Positions 49,684 through 58,918 of a stretch of 64,000 nucleotides of DNA are shown here, one piece after another. A program made the position numbers and the translations under genes. Below the pieces are notes generated by a model. That model had not been told where the DNA came from. It did not search any database and saw only the letters and a program-made list of their open reading frames with translations. The stretch is from Syntrophales bacterium (lineage in GTDB: Bacteria; Desulfobacterota; Syntrophia; Syntrophales; UBA2210), in assembly GCA_023228425.1 (NCBI GenBank), contig JALOBE010000002.1, forward strand, positions 83,113-147,112. Direction: 5' to 3'. The first letter of the stretch is position 1. The number at the start of each line of letters is the position of its first letter.

Positions 49684-50041
49684 GAACCCTCACCCCCTGC
49701 GTCAGGCCTTGTGGGCAATCCTTTCATTCCGTGACCCTTCCCGGAATTCCGGCAATAAAGCCGGTTCTTCCCGCCTCCCGCGCGGACTATCCCGTCGAGC
49801 CCTGCGAGGAAGAACCATGCTCCCGAAAGGAAACCCGGACGCACACCGTCCCCGCGCGTTCCTGTTCTTCTTGAATGGCCGGATACTTCGTGCTACGATA
49901 CTCAATCATTATCCTGATCGGCAGACATCGGTCTGACCCCTGTCCCCCCTGTCTGCCGGAAGGTTCAGGCAGGGACACTGTACAAGGCCTTGTCCCGCCG
50001 GTCACCGCGGAACCGGCGGACATCGCTACGGAGGGAGAGCC

Positions 50042-50695
50042 ATGCTGAACTATCTATACAAACTTATCATTGACGATGTTACCGACGTTTCCTACGGGAA
50101 CTGTCTTGAGTATTTTCCCGAAACCTCGAAAATTCTCGATGTGGGAATCGGCAACGGTATTATGCTTGAACAATACCATTCGCTCATACGATCGAAACAG
50201 CTCAGGATCACCGGGATCGATATCAACCGTCAATACCTGAAACACTGCAGAAAAATGATCCGTAAATGCGGCCTCGAAGACCTGATCAAGGTTCATTACG
50301 CGTCGATTGAATCCTTTCGCCCCCCCAGGAACCATTACTACGACTACATACTGTTCAGTATGAGTTTCATGCTCTTTGACGACCAGCAGATTGTCCTTGA
50401 CCGGATCAAACCCTGGATCACGCCGAATGGAGAAGTCATCTTCTGCCAGACCATGTATGAAGACCGGTCCCTGTTCCTTGAAATCGTCAAGCCACGCCTG
50501 AAGTACCTGACCACCATCGATTTCGGAAAAGTGACGTACAAGAAAGACTTCTTTGACCTGCTTGACAAGAAGAATATGACCGTTACCGAAAGCAGGGTTA
50601 TCAAAAAAGAGTTGTTTAAAGGGGAATATCACCTGATTGTATCGTCGCCGGAAAACGGCATCGGGGCGCACTGGGGGCATACGCCCGGAAGGTGA
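50042..50695 (+). CDS. class I SAM-dependent methyltransferase
   Basis: Motif I ILDVGIGNGIMLE. Visibly AT-richer than its neighbours. Confidence 0.65.
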   Translation: MLNYLYKLIIDDVTDVSYGNCLEYFPETSKILDVGIGNGIMLEQYHSLIRSKQLRITGIDINRQYLKHCRKMIRKCGLEDLIKVHYASIESFRPPRNHYYDYILFSMSFMLFDDQQIVLDRIKPWITPNGEVIFCQTMYEDRSLFLEIVKPRLKYLTTIDFGKVTYKKDFFDLLDKKNMTVTESRVIKKELFKGEYHLIVSSPENGIGAHWGHTPGR

Positions 50696-50701
50696 TCTCC
50701 T

Positions 50702-51736
50702 TCATTTTTTTGCGGCATCGTCGGCCGACTTCAAAGGACTCCCGGGCATCCGGTGTTCCCTGACGAGACCGCTCACGGTACTGATCCTGTCCTTCGACCA
50801 ACGCAGATGTGTTCCCAGGCGCACAACCATATCATGGCCCAGGATATCATGGAACCTGTAGGTCCCCCGGTCGGGATCCCTCTTTTCAACGCGGACAAAG
50901 GGCTTCGCAATATCATGAAGGAGTGCCGCCCAGCGCAGGTTAATATCCGGCTGTGACGATTGAACTACAAGGATCGTGTGATCCCAGAGATTGTGGGCAT
51001 GATAGAGGCTGTTCTGCTCGTAGTCTTTCTGAAGTGAAAGTTCCGGAATCATGAATCGGCAGAGCCCGGTGTCCATGAAAAGCCGCAGCCCTTCTTCAAG
51101 CCGGTGCCCTGCAAGCAGCCGGTCCAATTCCGTCATCCACCGTTCCTTGCTGATCTGAAGAATGCGATGGGCCGATTGTTCTATAGCCCGGACAGTTTTC
51201 GGATCTATGCTGAAGCCAAGCTGCGCCGCAAATCGTATGGCCCGAAGCATACGCAGGGGATCCTCCCTGAATCGGGTCACGGCATTCCCCACGGCGCGGA
51301 TCACCCTCTTCTGCAGATCTTCCTTCCCTCCAAAGGGATCGATGACCCTGTCGCCTCTCCGGGCCATCGCGTTTATGGTGAAATCCCGCCGCGCAAGGTC
51401 ATCGGTAATACCGTCCACGAAGGACACATCGGGACTCCGGCTCCCCTCACGGTAACGCTCGGTTCGAAAGGTCGTAATCTCCACCAGGCGACCTCCAAGG
51501 CGCAGGCCGATGGTTCCGAAGCGTTTTCCCGTCAGGAAAGGGCGTTTCCCCGCTTTCCTGACCTGTTCCTCGATATACTCGGGCCGGTGGGGCGTCGCGA
51601 AGTCATAGTCCAGGGGTTCAATTCCCAGCAACTCGTCCCGCAGTGATCCACCCACTTCGTAGACCGGTGAAATAATGTCTTCGATCGCGTCGAATACCCT
51701 GTTCATGGAATCACGTAATGCCGCAGCCCGGGGCAT
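50702..51736 (-). CDS. tRNA nucleotidyltransferase / poly(A) polymerase family protein with HD domain (CCA-adding type)
   Basis: GGSLRDELLG...DYDFAT nucleotidyltransferase head, RDFTINA, and HD motif LLHDIAKP. Confidence 0.88.
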   Translation of the reverse strand: MPRAAALRDSMNRVFDAIEDIISPVYEVGGSLRDELLGIEPLDYDFATPHRPEYIEEQVRKAGKRPFLTGKRFGTIGLRLGGRLVEITTFRTERYREGSRSPDVSFVDGITDDLARRDFTINAMARRGDRVIDPFGGKEDLQKRVIRAVGNAVTRFREDPLRMLRAIRFAAQLGFSIDPKTVRAIEQSAHRILQISKERWMTELDRLLAGHRLEEGLRLFMDTGLCRFMIPELSLQKDYEQNSLYHAHNLWDHTILVVQSSQPDINLRWAALLHDIAKPFVRVEKRDPDRGTYRFHDILGHDMVVRLGTHLRWSKDRISTVSGLVREHRMPGSPLKSADDAAKK

Positions 51737-51834
51737 CCCCTTTCTTCATGCCGATCATGTGACATCACCATACACGCCACTCTTCCCGAAGTTCAAGCTA
51801 TGCAATGATTGCACCCTGGCGTACCACGATATGT

Positions 51835-52764
51835 CTATACAGGCCGCAGGCGCCGACGGCCGTCAAGACGCCGCAGACCGGCGGCTTCAGCCGCAGCCGA
51901 TGCCCGGGCGTATTCAGCACCCGTTATTCTCCGCCCCAGCACGGGGTCTCCCAGGGCATCGTGGCAGGGCCGGTACTGATCCATGATGTTGACATAGGTT
52001 TCCCGGGAAATTTCACGGGCAATGAACTCCATGACTTTTTCGGTGCCTGCCACGTCGCCCGGCATGACGAGGTGCCGCACCAGCAGGCCCCGCAGGGCTG
52101 TTCCGTCTTCGGCGAGAACCAGGTCTCCAACCTGGCGATGCATCTCCTTCAGTGCCCGGCAGGCATGTTCCCGGTAATCGGAAACACCACAGGCATAGCG
52201 GGCCCAGTCGTTGTCCCAGAATTTGAAGTCCGGCATGTAGACATCGACGACACCGTCGAGGATTTTCAGCGTTTCCAGGCTCTCGTAGCCACCACAGTTA
52301 TAGACGAGAGGGATTTCCAGGCCCCGGGATGCCGCCAGGAGAAGTCCCTCGAGTATCTGGGGAACCACGTGCGTGGGTGTGACGAGATTGATGTTGTGAC
52401 AGCCCTGGCCGGCAAGGGACAGCATCATATCCGCCAGGGTTTCCGGCCCGACCTCTCCCCCCGCGCCGCCGTGACTGATGTCATCATTCTGGCAGAATGA
52501 GCACAGCAGGTTGCAGGAACTGAAAAAGATCGTGCCCGACCCGAGGCGGCCGACCAGTGGCGACTCCTCGCCGAAGTGGGCTCCCCGGCTCGCCACGGAC
52601 GCCCTCCTCCCGGTCCGGCAGAAACCCTGTTCCCCGGCCCGGCGATTGACGGAACACATCCGGGGGCAGACAGTACAGGAGGTCAGCAGGTCAACAGCCT
52701 CTGCGACCCGTTCCGCAAGCTTGTTTGCGCGATGCAAGGCACGGTATGACGGTCCCCGGATCAT
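51835..52764 (-). CDS. radical SAM protein, PflX-like (pyruvate formate-lyase activase homologue, COG1313 type)
   Basis: N-terminal CTVCPRMCSVNRRAGEQGFCRTG and radical-SAM motif CNLLCSFCQN. Confidence 0.8.
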   Translation of the reverse strand: MIRGPSYRALHRANKLAERVAEAVDLLTSCTVCPRMCSVNRRAGEQGFCRTGRRASVASRGAHFGEESPLVGRLGSGTIFFSSCNLLCSFCQNDDISHGGAGGEVGPETLADMMLSLAGQGCHNINLVTPTHVVPQILEGLLLAASRGLEIPLVYNCGGYESLETLKILDGVVDVYMPDFKFWDNDWARYACGVSDYREHACRALKEMHRQVGDLVLAEDGTALRGLLVRHLVMPGDVAGTEKVMEFIAREISRETYVNIMDQYRPCHDALGDPVLGRRITGAEYARASAAAEAAGLRRLDGRRRLRPV

Positions 52765-53185
52765 GATACCGGAAGCTCCGCGCGCAGGCCTCCACCCTCG
52801 ATGAACTCGTAGAAAGTCGAAAACGTTGCACAGGCACGGCGCGCACGTTTTTTCACACGATCATACACATACCACAAAGGCGCAGCGTGAAACAAGGCCA
52901 CATGTTCTACAGACATATTATTGTTGCGTTTTCCTTTTTCGATCCGGAGATCGTCCTCAGGATACGGCATTTTTCTTCCGTTTTTTGTTGCCGTCATCGT
53001 TTTCGTGGAGGCCTTTGGTTCCGTCACAATGTGGACAGGATTTTCCGGTTTTCGCAGGCCCCGGAAGCCCTCCGGAGATCAGACCCTGAGCCCCCTTTCC
53101 CCGGAGGTCAACAAAATTCTTGAAAATATCGGCGGGCGGTATTATATACACGAGATCAAGCATTACACACCACGAGGGGGATTAC

Positions 53186-54070
53186 ATGGAAAAGTCTGGA
53201 ACTCTGCCTTTGAAGACAGGGCTTGCGGAAATGCTGAAGGGCGGAGTCATCATGGATGTGACCAACCCCGAGCAGGCGAAGATGGCCGAGGATGCCGGGG
53301 CTGTTTCGGTTATGGCCCTCGAGAGAGTACCTGCCGACATCAGGGCCCAGGGCGGCGTTGCCCGCATGACTGACCCGGAAATCATAGAAAAGATCATGGA
53401 GTGCGTCTCTATTCCCGTCATGGCGAAGGTTCGGATCGGCCACTTCGTTGAGGCCCAGATTCTCGAATCAATGGGAATCGCCTTCATCGACGAGAGCGAG
53501 GTTCTCACGCCCGCCGATGAGCACTATCACATCAACAAGTGGAACTTCAAGGTTCCCTTCGTCTGCGGCGCCGTCAACCTCGGCGAGGCGCTCAGGAGGC
53601 TCGGTGAAGGAGCGGCCATGCTGCGCACCAAGGGGGAAGCCGGAACGGGCAACGTGGTCGAGGCCGTTCGGCACATGCGCGCGATTAACGATGAAATAGC
53701 GCGCCTTTCGGGACTTCCCGAAGAAGAACTCATGACGGCGGCAAGAAACCTGGGGGCGCCCTACGAGCTGGTGAGAATGGTCGCCCGGGACCGGAAGCTG
53801 CCCGTGTTGAATTTCTCCGCCGGCGGCATCGCCTCCCCTGCCGACGCGGCACTCATGATGCAGCTCGGTTCCGACGGAGTCTTCGTGGGATCGGGCATCT
53901 TCAAGTCGAAGGAACCTGCACGGCGGGCAAGCGCCATCGTTCAGGCCGTAACCCACTACAGAGACCCTGAAGTCCTCGTCCAGGTATCACGATCTCTCGG
54001 CGACGCCATGCCGGGTCTGGATATCTCCTCGCTTACCGAAAAAGACAAGCTTCAGACACGGGGCGACTGA
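53186..54070 (+). CDS. pdxS: pyridoxal 5'-phosphate synthase, PdxS subunit
   Basis: [49 protein letters not shown] Shine-Dalgarno before the ATG at 53186. Confidence 0.95.
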   Translation: MEKSGTLPLKTGLAEMLKGGVIMDVTNPEQAKMAEDAGAVSVMALERVPADIRAQGGVARMTDPEIIEKIMECVSIPVMAKVRIGHFVEAQILESMGIAFIDESEVLTPADEHYHINKWNFKVPFVCGAVNLGEALRRLGEGAAMLRTKGEAGTGNVVEAVRHMRAINDEIARLSGLPEEELMTAARNLGAPYELVRMVARDRKLPVLNFSAGGIASPADAALMMQLGSDGVFVGSGIFKSKEPARRASAIVQAVTHYRDPEVLVQVSRSLGDAMPGLDISSLTEKDKLQTRGD

Positions 54071-54231
54071 GACGGGTGGAACACCATGAGAATCGCTGTT
54101 CACGTTCTCCGGAGACATGCGGCTGATACAGGGCTCTTCCGAGGAGTGAAAACCCTGTAACGCCTTTTCGAAGTGACTGTCATCAATGAGACGGGGCCCG
54201 GCGGCACCGCCCGGGTCCGCCGGTTTCCCGG

Positions 54232-55065
54232 CTATGGCGCGCCGGCATTCTCCTCCAGCCATGACGTGACTTCATCCCACCAGGCACGACCGGGATCGCC
54301 GGGCCAGCTGTTGTGACCGGCGCCGTCGAATATCCAGAGCCGTTTCGGCTCCGCCAGACCGTCATAGAGACTCCGTGTCAGTTTCACCGGTATTATTTCA
54401 TCATGCCCGGCCATGAGTACCGCCACGGGCCCCCTGTACCCGGACAGGTTTTCCGCGTTGTCGTAATGGTCCCCCATGAAGAGCCGAACCGGCAGCAGGG
54501 GAAAGAGGGCCTTGGCCAAGTTGTAAAGCTTGTCCCAGGGAGTGATCAGAACAACGCCGGCCACGGCAAGATCGGGGTCCGGAGCAAGGGCCGCGGCGAC
54601 ACCGCATCCCAGCGATTCACCCCAGAGATACAGGGAACCTCCGAACTCACGGACCGCCCTGGTCACCAGAGAGCGCGCGTCGGCCACAAAACTCGCTTCG
54701 CTTTTCTCACCCCCTCGGGCACCGTAGCCGGGGTATTCGGCAATGACAACCCGAAACCCCCGAGGGGCCAGAGAGGCCGCGTAGCGGGACCGGTGGACGG
54801 CAGCGCCCGCGTTTCCGTGAAAGACAACCACCGTTCCCCGGGAAGAGGCCTCTTCTTTCACATGTGTCAGGCCGAGGTAGTCCTTCCCGCCCGGAGGCCA
54901 GGGCTCCAGGCCCTCCATAGAGGAAAAATATTCTACATCCTCCATGCTCATCCGCTCGGGATAATAGAGCATGGAACGCTGAAGGCGGCATCCGCCGAGA
55001 AAAGAAAGGACAGTCATGGCAATCACCATCGTTCCCGCGAGCAGGATCAGGTTCTTCATAGTCAT
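54232..55065 (-). CDS. alpha/beta-hydrolase lipoprotein
   Basis: Lipobox LSFLGGC, nucleophile elbow GESLG, HGNAG, and a C-terminal GAGHNS catalytic His region. Confidence 0.75.
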   Translation of the reverse strand: MTMKNLILLAGTMVIAMTVLSFLGGCRLQRSMLYYPERMSMEDVEYFSSMEGLEPWPPGGKDYLGLTHVKEEASSRGTVVVFHGNAGAAVHRSRYAASLAPRGFRVVIAEYPGYGARGGEKSEASFVADARSLVTRAVREFGGSLYLWGESLGCGVAAALAPDPDLAVAGVVLITPWDKLYNLAKALFPLLPVRLFMGDHYDNAENLSGYRGPVAVLMAGHDEIIPVKLTRSLYDGLAEPKRLWIFDGAGHNSWPGDPGRAWWDEVTSWLEENAGAP

Positions 55066-55143
55066 ACATCGGGCGTTTCCCGATTTTTCAGGAAACCATC
55101 GACAGCAGCGGCTGTAACGAACTGTTCCCGGTGCGCCCGCCGG

Positions 55144-55308
55144 TCACAAACGGTTCACCGGCAGTTCCGAAGGATCGTCGAACCAGCTGAAATACCTCTG
55201 CGCGCAGGTTGCGCCTGATTGGATCAGGGCCTCCTTCTTCTCGTCCGGGATATCAAAATCCGTGGTTCCCACATCGAGTGTGTCGATATACAGCGTCCGT
55301 TGCCAGTC
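55144..55308 (-). pseudogene. 3' fragment (about 55 codons) of a patatin-like phospholipase gene split by the mobile element
   Basis: DWQRTLYIDTLDVGTTDFDIPDEKKEALIQSGATCAQRYFSWFD resembles patatin C-termini. For comparison, the C-terminus of the intact paralogue 28444-29529 reads IHMIDFD...SSKLNAGWDFLTFLHREGRHAAAEWL. Upstream of codon D (55306-08) the ORF-track sequence is integrase antisense, not patatin. It joins in frame to 63346. Confidence 0.65.
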
Positions 55309-56941
55309 TTGTAAATCTATCAGTCTTATATACCGTACTTCCCCGGTAACTGCCCTTAACCTTGGGCGTATTCTCGCCGTCCCGGTTCCCTCCCTCGTCG
55401 TCATCGTTGTCCCGATAGTCGATATCGTCGCCCTTCAGGGTCCGCAGACCGATGATCTTTCCGTACAGGAAATAATCAATCGCCGAATCTCGAGCTTTAC
55501 CCCTCTTCATGACATAAATTCCGTATGGCGTCCCTTTTTCGTCCACGCCGTCAAATAACCAGTGAAGAAGGCGTTTTTTGTCCTCGAAGGTCATCTCTGC
55601 CAGTCGTTCAGGACCGCTGTAATCCTCAAGCAACTGCCGTCTGATCGTTTCGGCTTCTCGTTTCACCTGTTCGATGTCCGGAAGGGAACGGAGTTGATCC
55701 CGGTTCCCGTCCAATTCTTCAGCGACCTTGGTTTTTGCTTGTAGTAAGGCCTGCTCCTTGGCCCGGATCGTTTCCTTTGCAAGAGTTCCGGCAAGGGCCA
55801 GATCAACCAGTTTATCAAGTTCCCGGTGAATCCGCTTCAGCTCCTTTTCTCCGGTCTTGATGTTTTTTTCCAGTAAACGGATATGATTTTCATCCGGTAA
55901 AGAATCAGCTATGGCCCGTTCAAATGAAGGAACGTCCGCAATGTTCTCAAAGATTGTCCGAAAGACAGCGTTTTCAACCGGCTTCAAAGGAACGCTATTG
56001 AAGGCCTTGCGTTTTTCGTATTTCCCCGATGGATGGGTATAATACTTGAATTCCCTCCCGTTCTTGCTCACCTGTGTCTGGCCTGACAAGGATCTTCCAC
56101 AGGCTTCGCACCTGATGAAGCCCGTCAAGACGTACTTCCGGACATCCTGCCGGGACTCAATTTTATTATGGTCCAGACGTTCCCTGATCTTCTGGATGGT
56201 AGCATCGTCAAGGATTCGGGGTATGGTGTAGGTGATCGGGTCTTGATCCTTGAAAGTGATGGTCCATGTATCTCCGCATCGGTTGGTCAACATTGTGGTC
56301 AAATAGGAATAGCCTAATGGTTGACCGTACTGGGTCCGAAGGGTGTGGGACAAATCCCGCAGTGATTCTCCCTGTAAATACCGGTCTGCCGCCCATCGAA
56401 CCAGACGGGCTTTTTCCTCGTCAAGCGACCATTCCCCGGTTTCCCTGTTGAATTTTCGCCCGAAGGGGAGTTGCCCGGAAGTGGGGATGCCCTTCTTCGC
56501 CCGTGCAATCCGGTTTTCAAGCATCTGTTCCCTGATGATTTCCCGTTCCAGCTCACTCATAACGGCGAACATCCCCAGCATTGCCTTGCCGTATTTGCTT
56601 CCGAAGTCGATTCCCTCGGATATGGAGCGAAGATCAACGCCAGCCTTGGAAAGTTCATCGTGGTTATTCAGTAGTTCACGGGCATTTCTACCGAACCGGG
56701 ACAGCCTATGAATCACCAGAACCTCAAACTTGCCTTTCTGGCCATCATACAGACATTGCAGAAGAGCGTGGCGATCCTTGACCGTTCCCCCGGAGATTCC
56801 TTCATCGGCGTATATCTCTGTCAGTTGCCATCCCTGGGCTTTAACGTAGTCCTTAATGGACTGTCGTTGAGTTGACAAGGACTCCCCGCCAACCTGTTCT
56901 GCGGAACTGACCCTGACGTATCCTGCGGCTTTCTTCTTCAT
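55253..56941 (-). CDS. large serine recombinase (integrase)
   Basis: Catalytic N-terminus GYVRVSSAEQ..., resolvase-fold core (VLVIHRLSRFGRNARE), recombinase domain, zinc-ribbon FIRCEACGRSL...YYTH, and a coiled-coil region. GGGAGGA Shine-Dalgarno. The last 17 codons lie beyond attL in host DNA. Confidence 0.92.
   Translation of the reverse strand: MKKKAAGYVRVSSAEQVGGESLSTQRQSIKDYVKAQGWQLTEIYADEGISGGTVKDRHALLQCLYDGQKGKFEVLVIHRLSRFGRNARELLNNHDELSKAGVDLRSISEGIDFGSKYGKAMLGMFAVMSELEREIIREQMLENRIARAKKGIPTSGQLPFGRKFNRETGEWSLDEEKARLVRWAADRYLQGESLRDLSHTLRTQYGQPLGYSYLTTMLTNRCGDTWTITFKDQDPITYTIPRILDDATIQKIRERLDHNKIESRQDVRKYVLTGFIRCEACGRSLSGQTQVSKNGREFKYYTHPSGKYEKRKAFNSVPLKPVENAVFRTIFENIADVPSFERAIADSLPDENHIRLLEKNIKTGEKELKRIHRELDKLVDLALAGTLAKETIRAKEQALLQAKTKVAEELDGNRDQLRSLPDIEQVKREAETIRRQLLEDYSGPERLAEMTFEDKKRLLHWLFDGVDEKGTPYGIYVMKRGKARDSAIDYFLYGKIIGLRTLKGDDIDYRDNDDDEGGNRDGENTPKVKGSYRGSTVYKTDRFTRLATDAVYRHTRCGNHGF
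55291..55332. other. putative attL (host arm CAGCGTCCGTTGCCAG | TC | element arm TTGTAAATCTATCAGTCTTATATA)
   Basis: Patatin coding similarity stops at 55308. The TC at 55307-08 is shared with the right junction. The element arm contains GTCTTATATA, inverted relative to TATATAAGAC at the other end. Confidence 0.55.
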
Positions 56942-56982
56942 TGGCCGTTTCCTCCCTATACTTTACCCTAACTGACAAAAGA

Positions 56983-57016
56983 AAATCGATTCTAGGCCCG
57001 TAAAACCCCTTTCAGC
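56983..57016 (-). repeat. motif copy A (CTAG-containing, promoter-like): minus strand CTGAAA-N15-TAGAAT
   Basis: AAATCGATTCTAGGCCCGTAAAACCCCTTTCAGC. Closely similar to the cores at 58142-58175 (inverted), 60467-60501 and 63029-63060. It lies 40-75 nt upstream of the integrase ATG. Confidence 0.7.
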
Positions 57017-57017
57017 G

Positions 57018-57224
57018 TTACTCTACATCGACGAATATCAGCGTCGTCCTAAGAAGTGTATCATAATCTCCGCTCGTGGCCTGTGCAATATAATCATCAA
57101 TGAACGCCTCATCGTAGCCAGCGTCCCGCAATGCCTTGGACACCTTGCCGAGAATGTAATAGGCATTCCCGTCTTCGCCGATCAGCTTAACCTTGACTTT
57201 CGTTATGGGTCGTGATGTACTCAT
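57018..57224 (-). CDS. small hypothetical protein (68 aa)
   Basis: GGAAGGAG Shine-Dalgarno before the ATG at 57224. The sequence KLIGEDGNAYYILGKVSKALRDAGY...SGDYDTLL resembles small proteins I recall from phage genomes, but I cannot name the family. Confidence 0.65.
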   Translation of the reverse strand: MSTSRPITKVKVKLIGEDGNAYYILGKVSKALRDAGYDEAFIDDYIAQATSGDYDTLLRTTLIFVDVE

Positions 57225-57292
57225 GCCGTAAACTCCTTCCCTTGGTTGAAGGATTTGCATCAGTCCCGGTATGGGTGCCAGCCTCGCCGGGA

Positions 57293-57985
57293 CTACTTTT
57301 TTGGCTTCGCCTTGCTTGTACGGGTGATTTGTTCACATCTATATAGCGTCCATGGTTGACCATCCATTGTTTTTACGCCTTCAGCGTTCAGAATATCGGC
57401 TATCTGTTGCCATGTTCTGCGTCTGCCATCCTTTGTCTTACGCCGCAATGCTCTGATCTTCCGAAGTACCGCTTTTCCTTCTTCCGTCTCCCGGTATCCC
57501 TTCCGGCCTCCGCACTTTACCCCTGTGGCCCGGATTCTTTCCCGGCTAGCAATGAGCTTTTTGACGAGTAGATTCTTTTCCAGTTCGGCAAAGATGCCTT
57601 GAATCTGGACAAGGGCTTTTCGCATAGGATCGGCCATGATCGCTTCCGTAACATTTTCCTCTGTTCTGGCTGATAGTAATTCAATGTCCTTGCTGGCCAG
57701 ATAGATAAGTAACGTTTCTTGGACGTGGTATTCCCTGGCAAGGCGGTCAAGCCCTTCAACAATAATCGTCCGTACTCCATCTTTCAGAATTTCTGAAACC
57801 ATCTCCTGAAATGCTGGACGGTCTTCCTCTCCCTTGGTCCCTGACACATCATCCTTGAAAACGGCGACAACTTCAATCTTGCACTTCTTTGCGTAGTCCC
57901 TGATTGCCTTTTCTTGTCGTGGGAAGCCATCACCCTTGACTTGTCCCGATCCGCTAACTCTTAAATATCCGTAGGCCTTCTTCAC
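57293..57985 (-). CDS. small serine recombinase (resolvase/invertase family) with C-terminal HTH
   Basis: AAGGAGGTGA Shine-Dalgarno before the GTG at 57985. Catalytic YGYLRVSGSGQ, RTIIVEGLDRLARE, and C-terminal ...TWQQIADILNAEGVKT (HTH). Confidence 0.88.
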   Translation of the reverse strand: MKKAYGYLRVSGSGQVKGDGFPRQEKAIRDYAKKCKIEVVAVFKDDVSGTKGEEDRPAFQEMVSEILKDGVRTIIVEGLDRLAREYHVQETLLIYLASKDIELLSARTEENVTEAIMADPMRKALVQIQGIFAELEKNLLVKKLIASRERIRATGVKCGGRKGYRETEEGKAVLRKIRALRRKTKDGRRRTWQQIADILNAEGVKTMDGQPWTLYRCEQITRTSKAKPKK

Positions 57986-58136
57986 TTTATCACCTCCTTT
58001 CATTAGTAATATATAATACTTGAATGAAAAAATCAAGCTTTTTTAATGGATTCTTAAAAATAAAAATTAATATATGATTCCCTAATGAGCCACAGTCCTG
58101 CATCACGGGACAGGAAGGGTCTACAAAGGCTCAAAA

Positions 58137-58219
58137 CAAGGAGTTGAGAAGGGGTTTATGGGTCTAGAATCGATTTACTCAATGGAGTCCATATAAAGAC
58201 ATGCCTTGGCATTAAAACG
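58137..58219 (+). repeat. left arm of the 83-bp inverted repeat (contains motif copy B, TTGAGA-N15-TAGAAT reading rightward)
   Basis: It is the reverse complement of 60424-60506 with a single mismatch (aligned by eye). Similarity decays over about 8 more bp on the inner side. Confidence 0.9.
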
Positions 58220-58243
58220 TCGTATAGAAGCGGAAAACAGCGT

Positions 58244-58885
58244 TTAACCCGGGATGAGTCTAGCCTTGAGCGGCTGAACTCGCAATAGATTGGACGGTTC
58301 ATCCTCATCAACCGGGCTCGGTTCTTCTGAATCAATAGCCGGATCAGTTACACCGGGGGAGATAAAAGGAACGGCTTTCCGCTCCCGTAGAACTTCAATG
58401 GACGGATCAGCTTTATGAATCTTACTGACCAGTCTTTCAAACATAGCAAGTTCTCGATCATTGAGCATGGAAAGGTCAGAAGTATTGTCCTGCTCGATCT
58501 GCTTTTGCTCCTGCTCCAATTCCATGATTTTGATCTGGTGCAGGGTAAGGGCAATTTTACTCAACAATTCGTAACTGCCCCGTGCTTCGGCTATCGCCTT
58601 TAATTCAAGCCTCGGATTATCCTTTTCCTCGGCCTTGTTCATGATCCGCTTGGTACGGCGTAGAAGTTCATCAATCTCTCCTAACAGGTCCATTGACCGG
58701 TGAAGCTCCTTCTGCGCCATAGCAGTTGCCAGCTGGCGGGTAATGTGATTGTCCCGGTGACGGTACAGGGCATCCTCCGACACACCATACTCACGTGATA
58801 TACTGGCGATGCTCTTTCCTTGCAGGATTTTCCTGTCCAGCTCTATTCTCTTGTCATGATTACAGACTCGACATGCTTGGGCCAT
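58244..58885 (-). CDS. HTH DNA-binding protein (phage small-terminase-like or regulator-like N-terminus), acidic C-terminal tail
   Basis: AAGGAGGA Shine-Dalgarno 7 nt before the ATG at 58885. N-terminus CRVCNHDKRIELDRKILQGKSIASISREYGVSEDALYRHRDNH is a CxxC plus HTH arrangement I recall from phage TerS-annotated and regulator proteins. Coiled-coil middle region. The functional call is weak. Confidence 0.7.
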   Translation of the reverse strand: MAQACRVCNHDKRIELDRKILQGKSIASISREYGVSEDALYRHRDNHITRQLATAMAQKELHRSMDLLGEIDELLRRTKRIMNKAEEKDNPRLELKAIAEARGSYELLSKIALTLHQIKIMELEQEQKQIEQDNTSDLSMLNDRELAMFERLVSKIHKADPSIEVLRERKAVPFISPGVTDPAIDSEEPSPVDEDEPSNLLRVQPLKARLIPG

Positions 58886-58918
58886 TGCCAATTCCTCCTT
58901 TATGGTCCGACCTTCCGG

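Noticed and set aside
52761-53027. A small ORF (88 aa, or 51 aa from an internal Met) whose stop overlaps the start of the PflX-like radical SAM gene (ATGA). It could be a RiPP precursor.
   Set aside because: The radical SAM enzyme is the PflX/activase type, with no SPASM or RiPP-recognition features. The small ORF has no Shine-Dalgarno that I could see and its sequence is basic and low-complexity. It lies in the divergent promoter region shared with pdxS.
54086-54160. A 24-codon ORF (MRIAVHVLRRHAADTGLFRGVKTL) right after pdxS, where pdxT would normally be. It could be a pdxT remnant.
   Set aside because: The similarity to PdxT N-termini (M-x-I-x-V…G…V-K) is too short and weak to call. pdxT may simply be elsewhere in the genome. 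Worth a tblastn check, but not supportable here.
55144-55404. The ORF-track 86-aa protein could be an independent gene.
   Set aside because: Its N-terminal third (55309-55404) is merely antisense to the integrase 3' end. Only the part right of the junction resembles a patatin C-terminus, so I reinterpreted it as the detached 3' fragment of the split gene.
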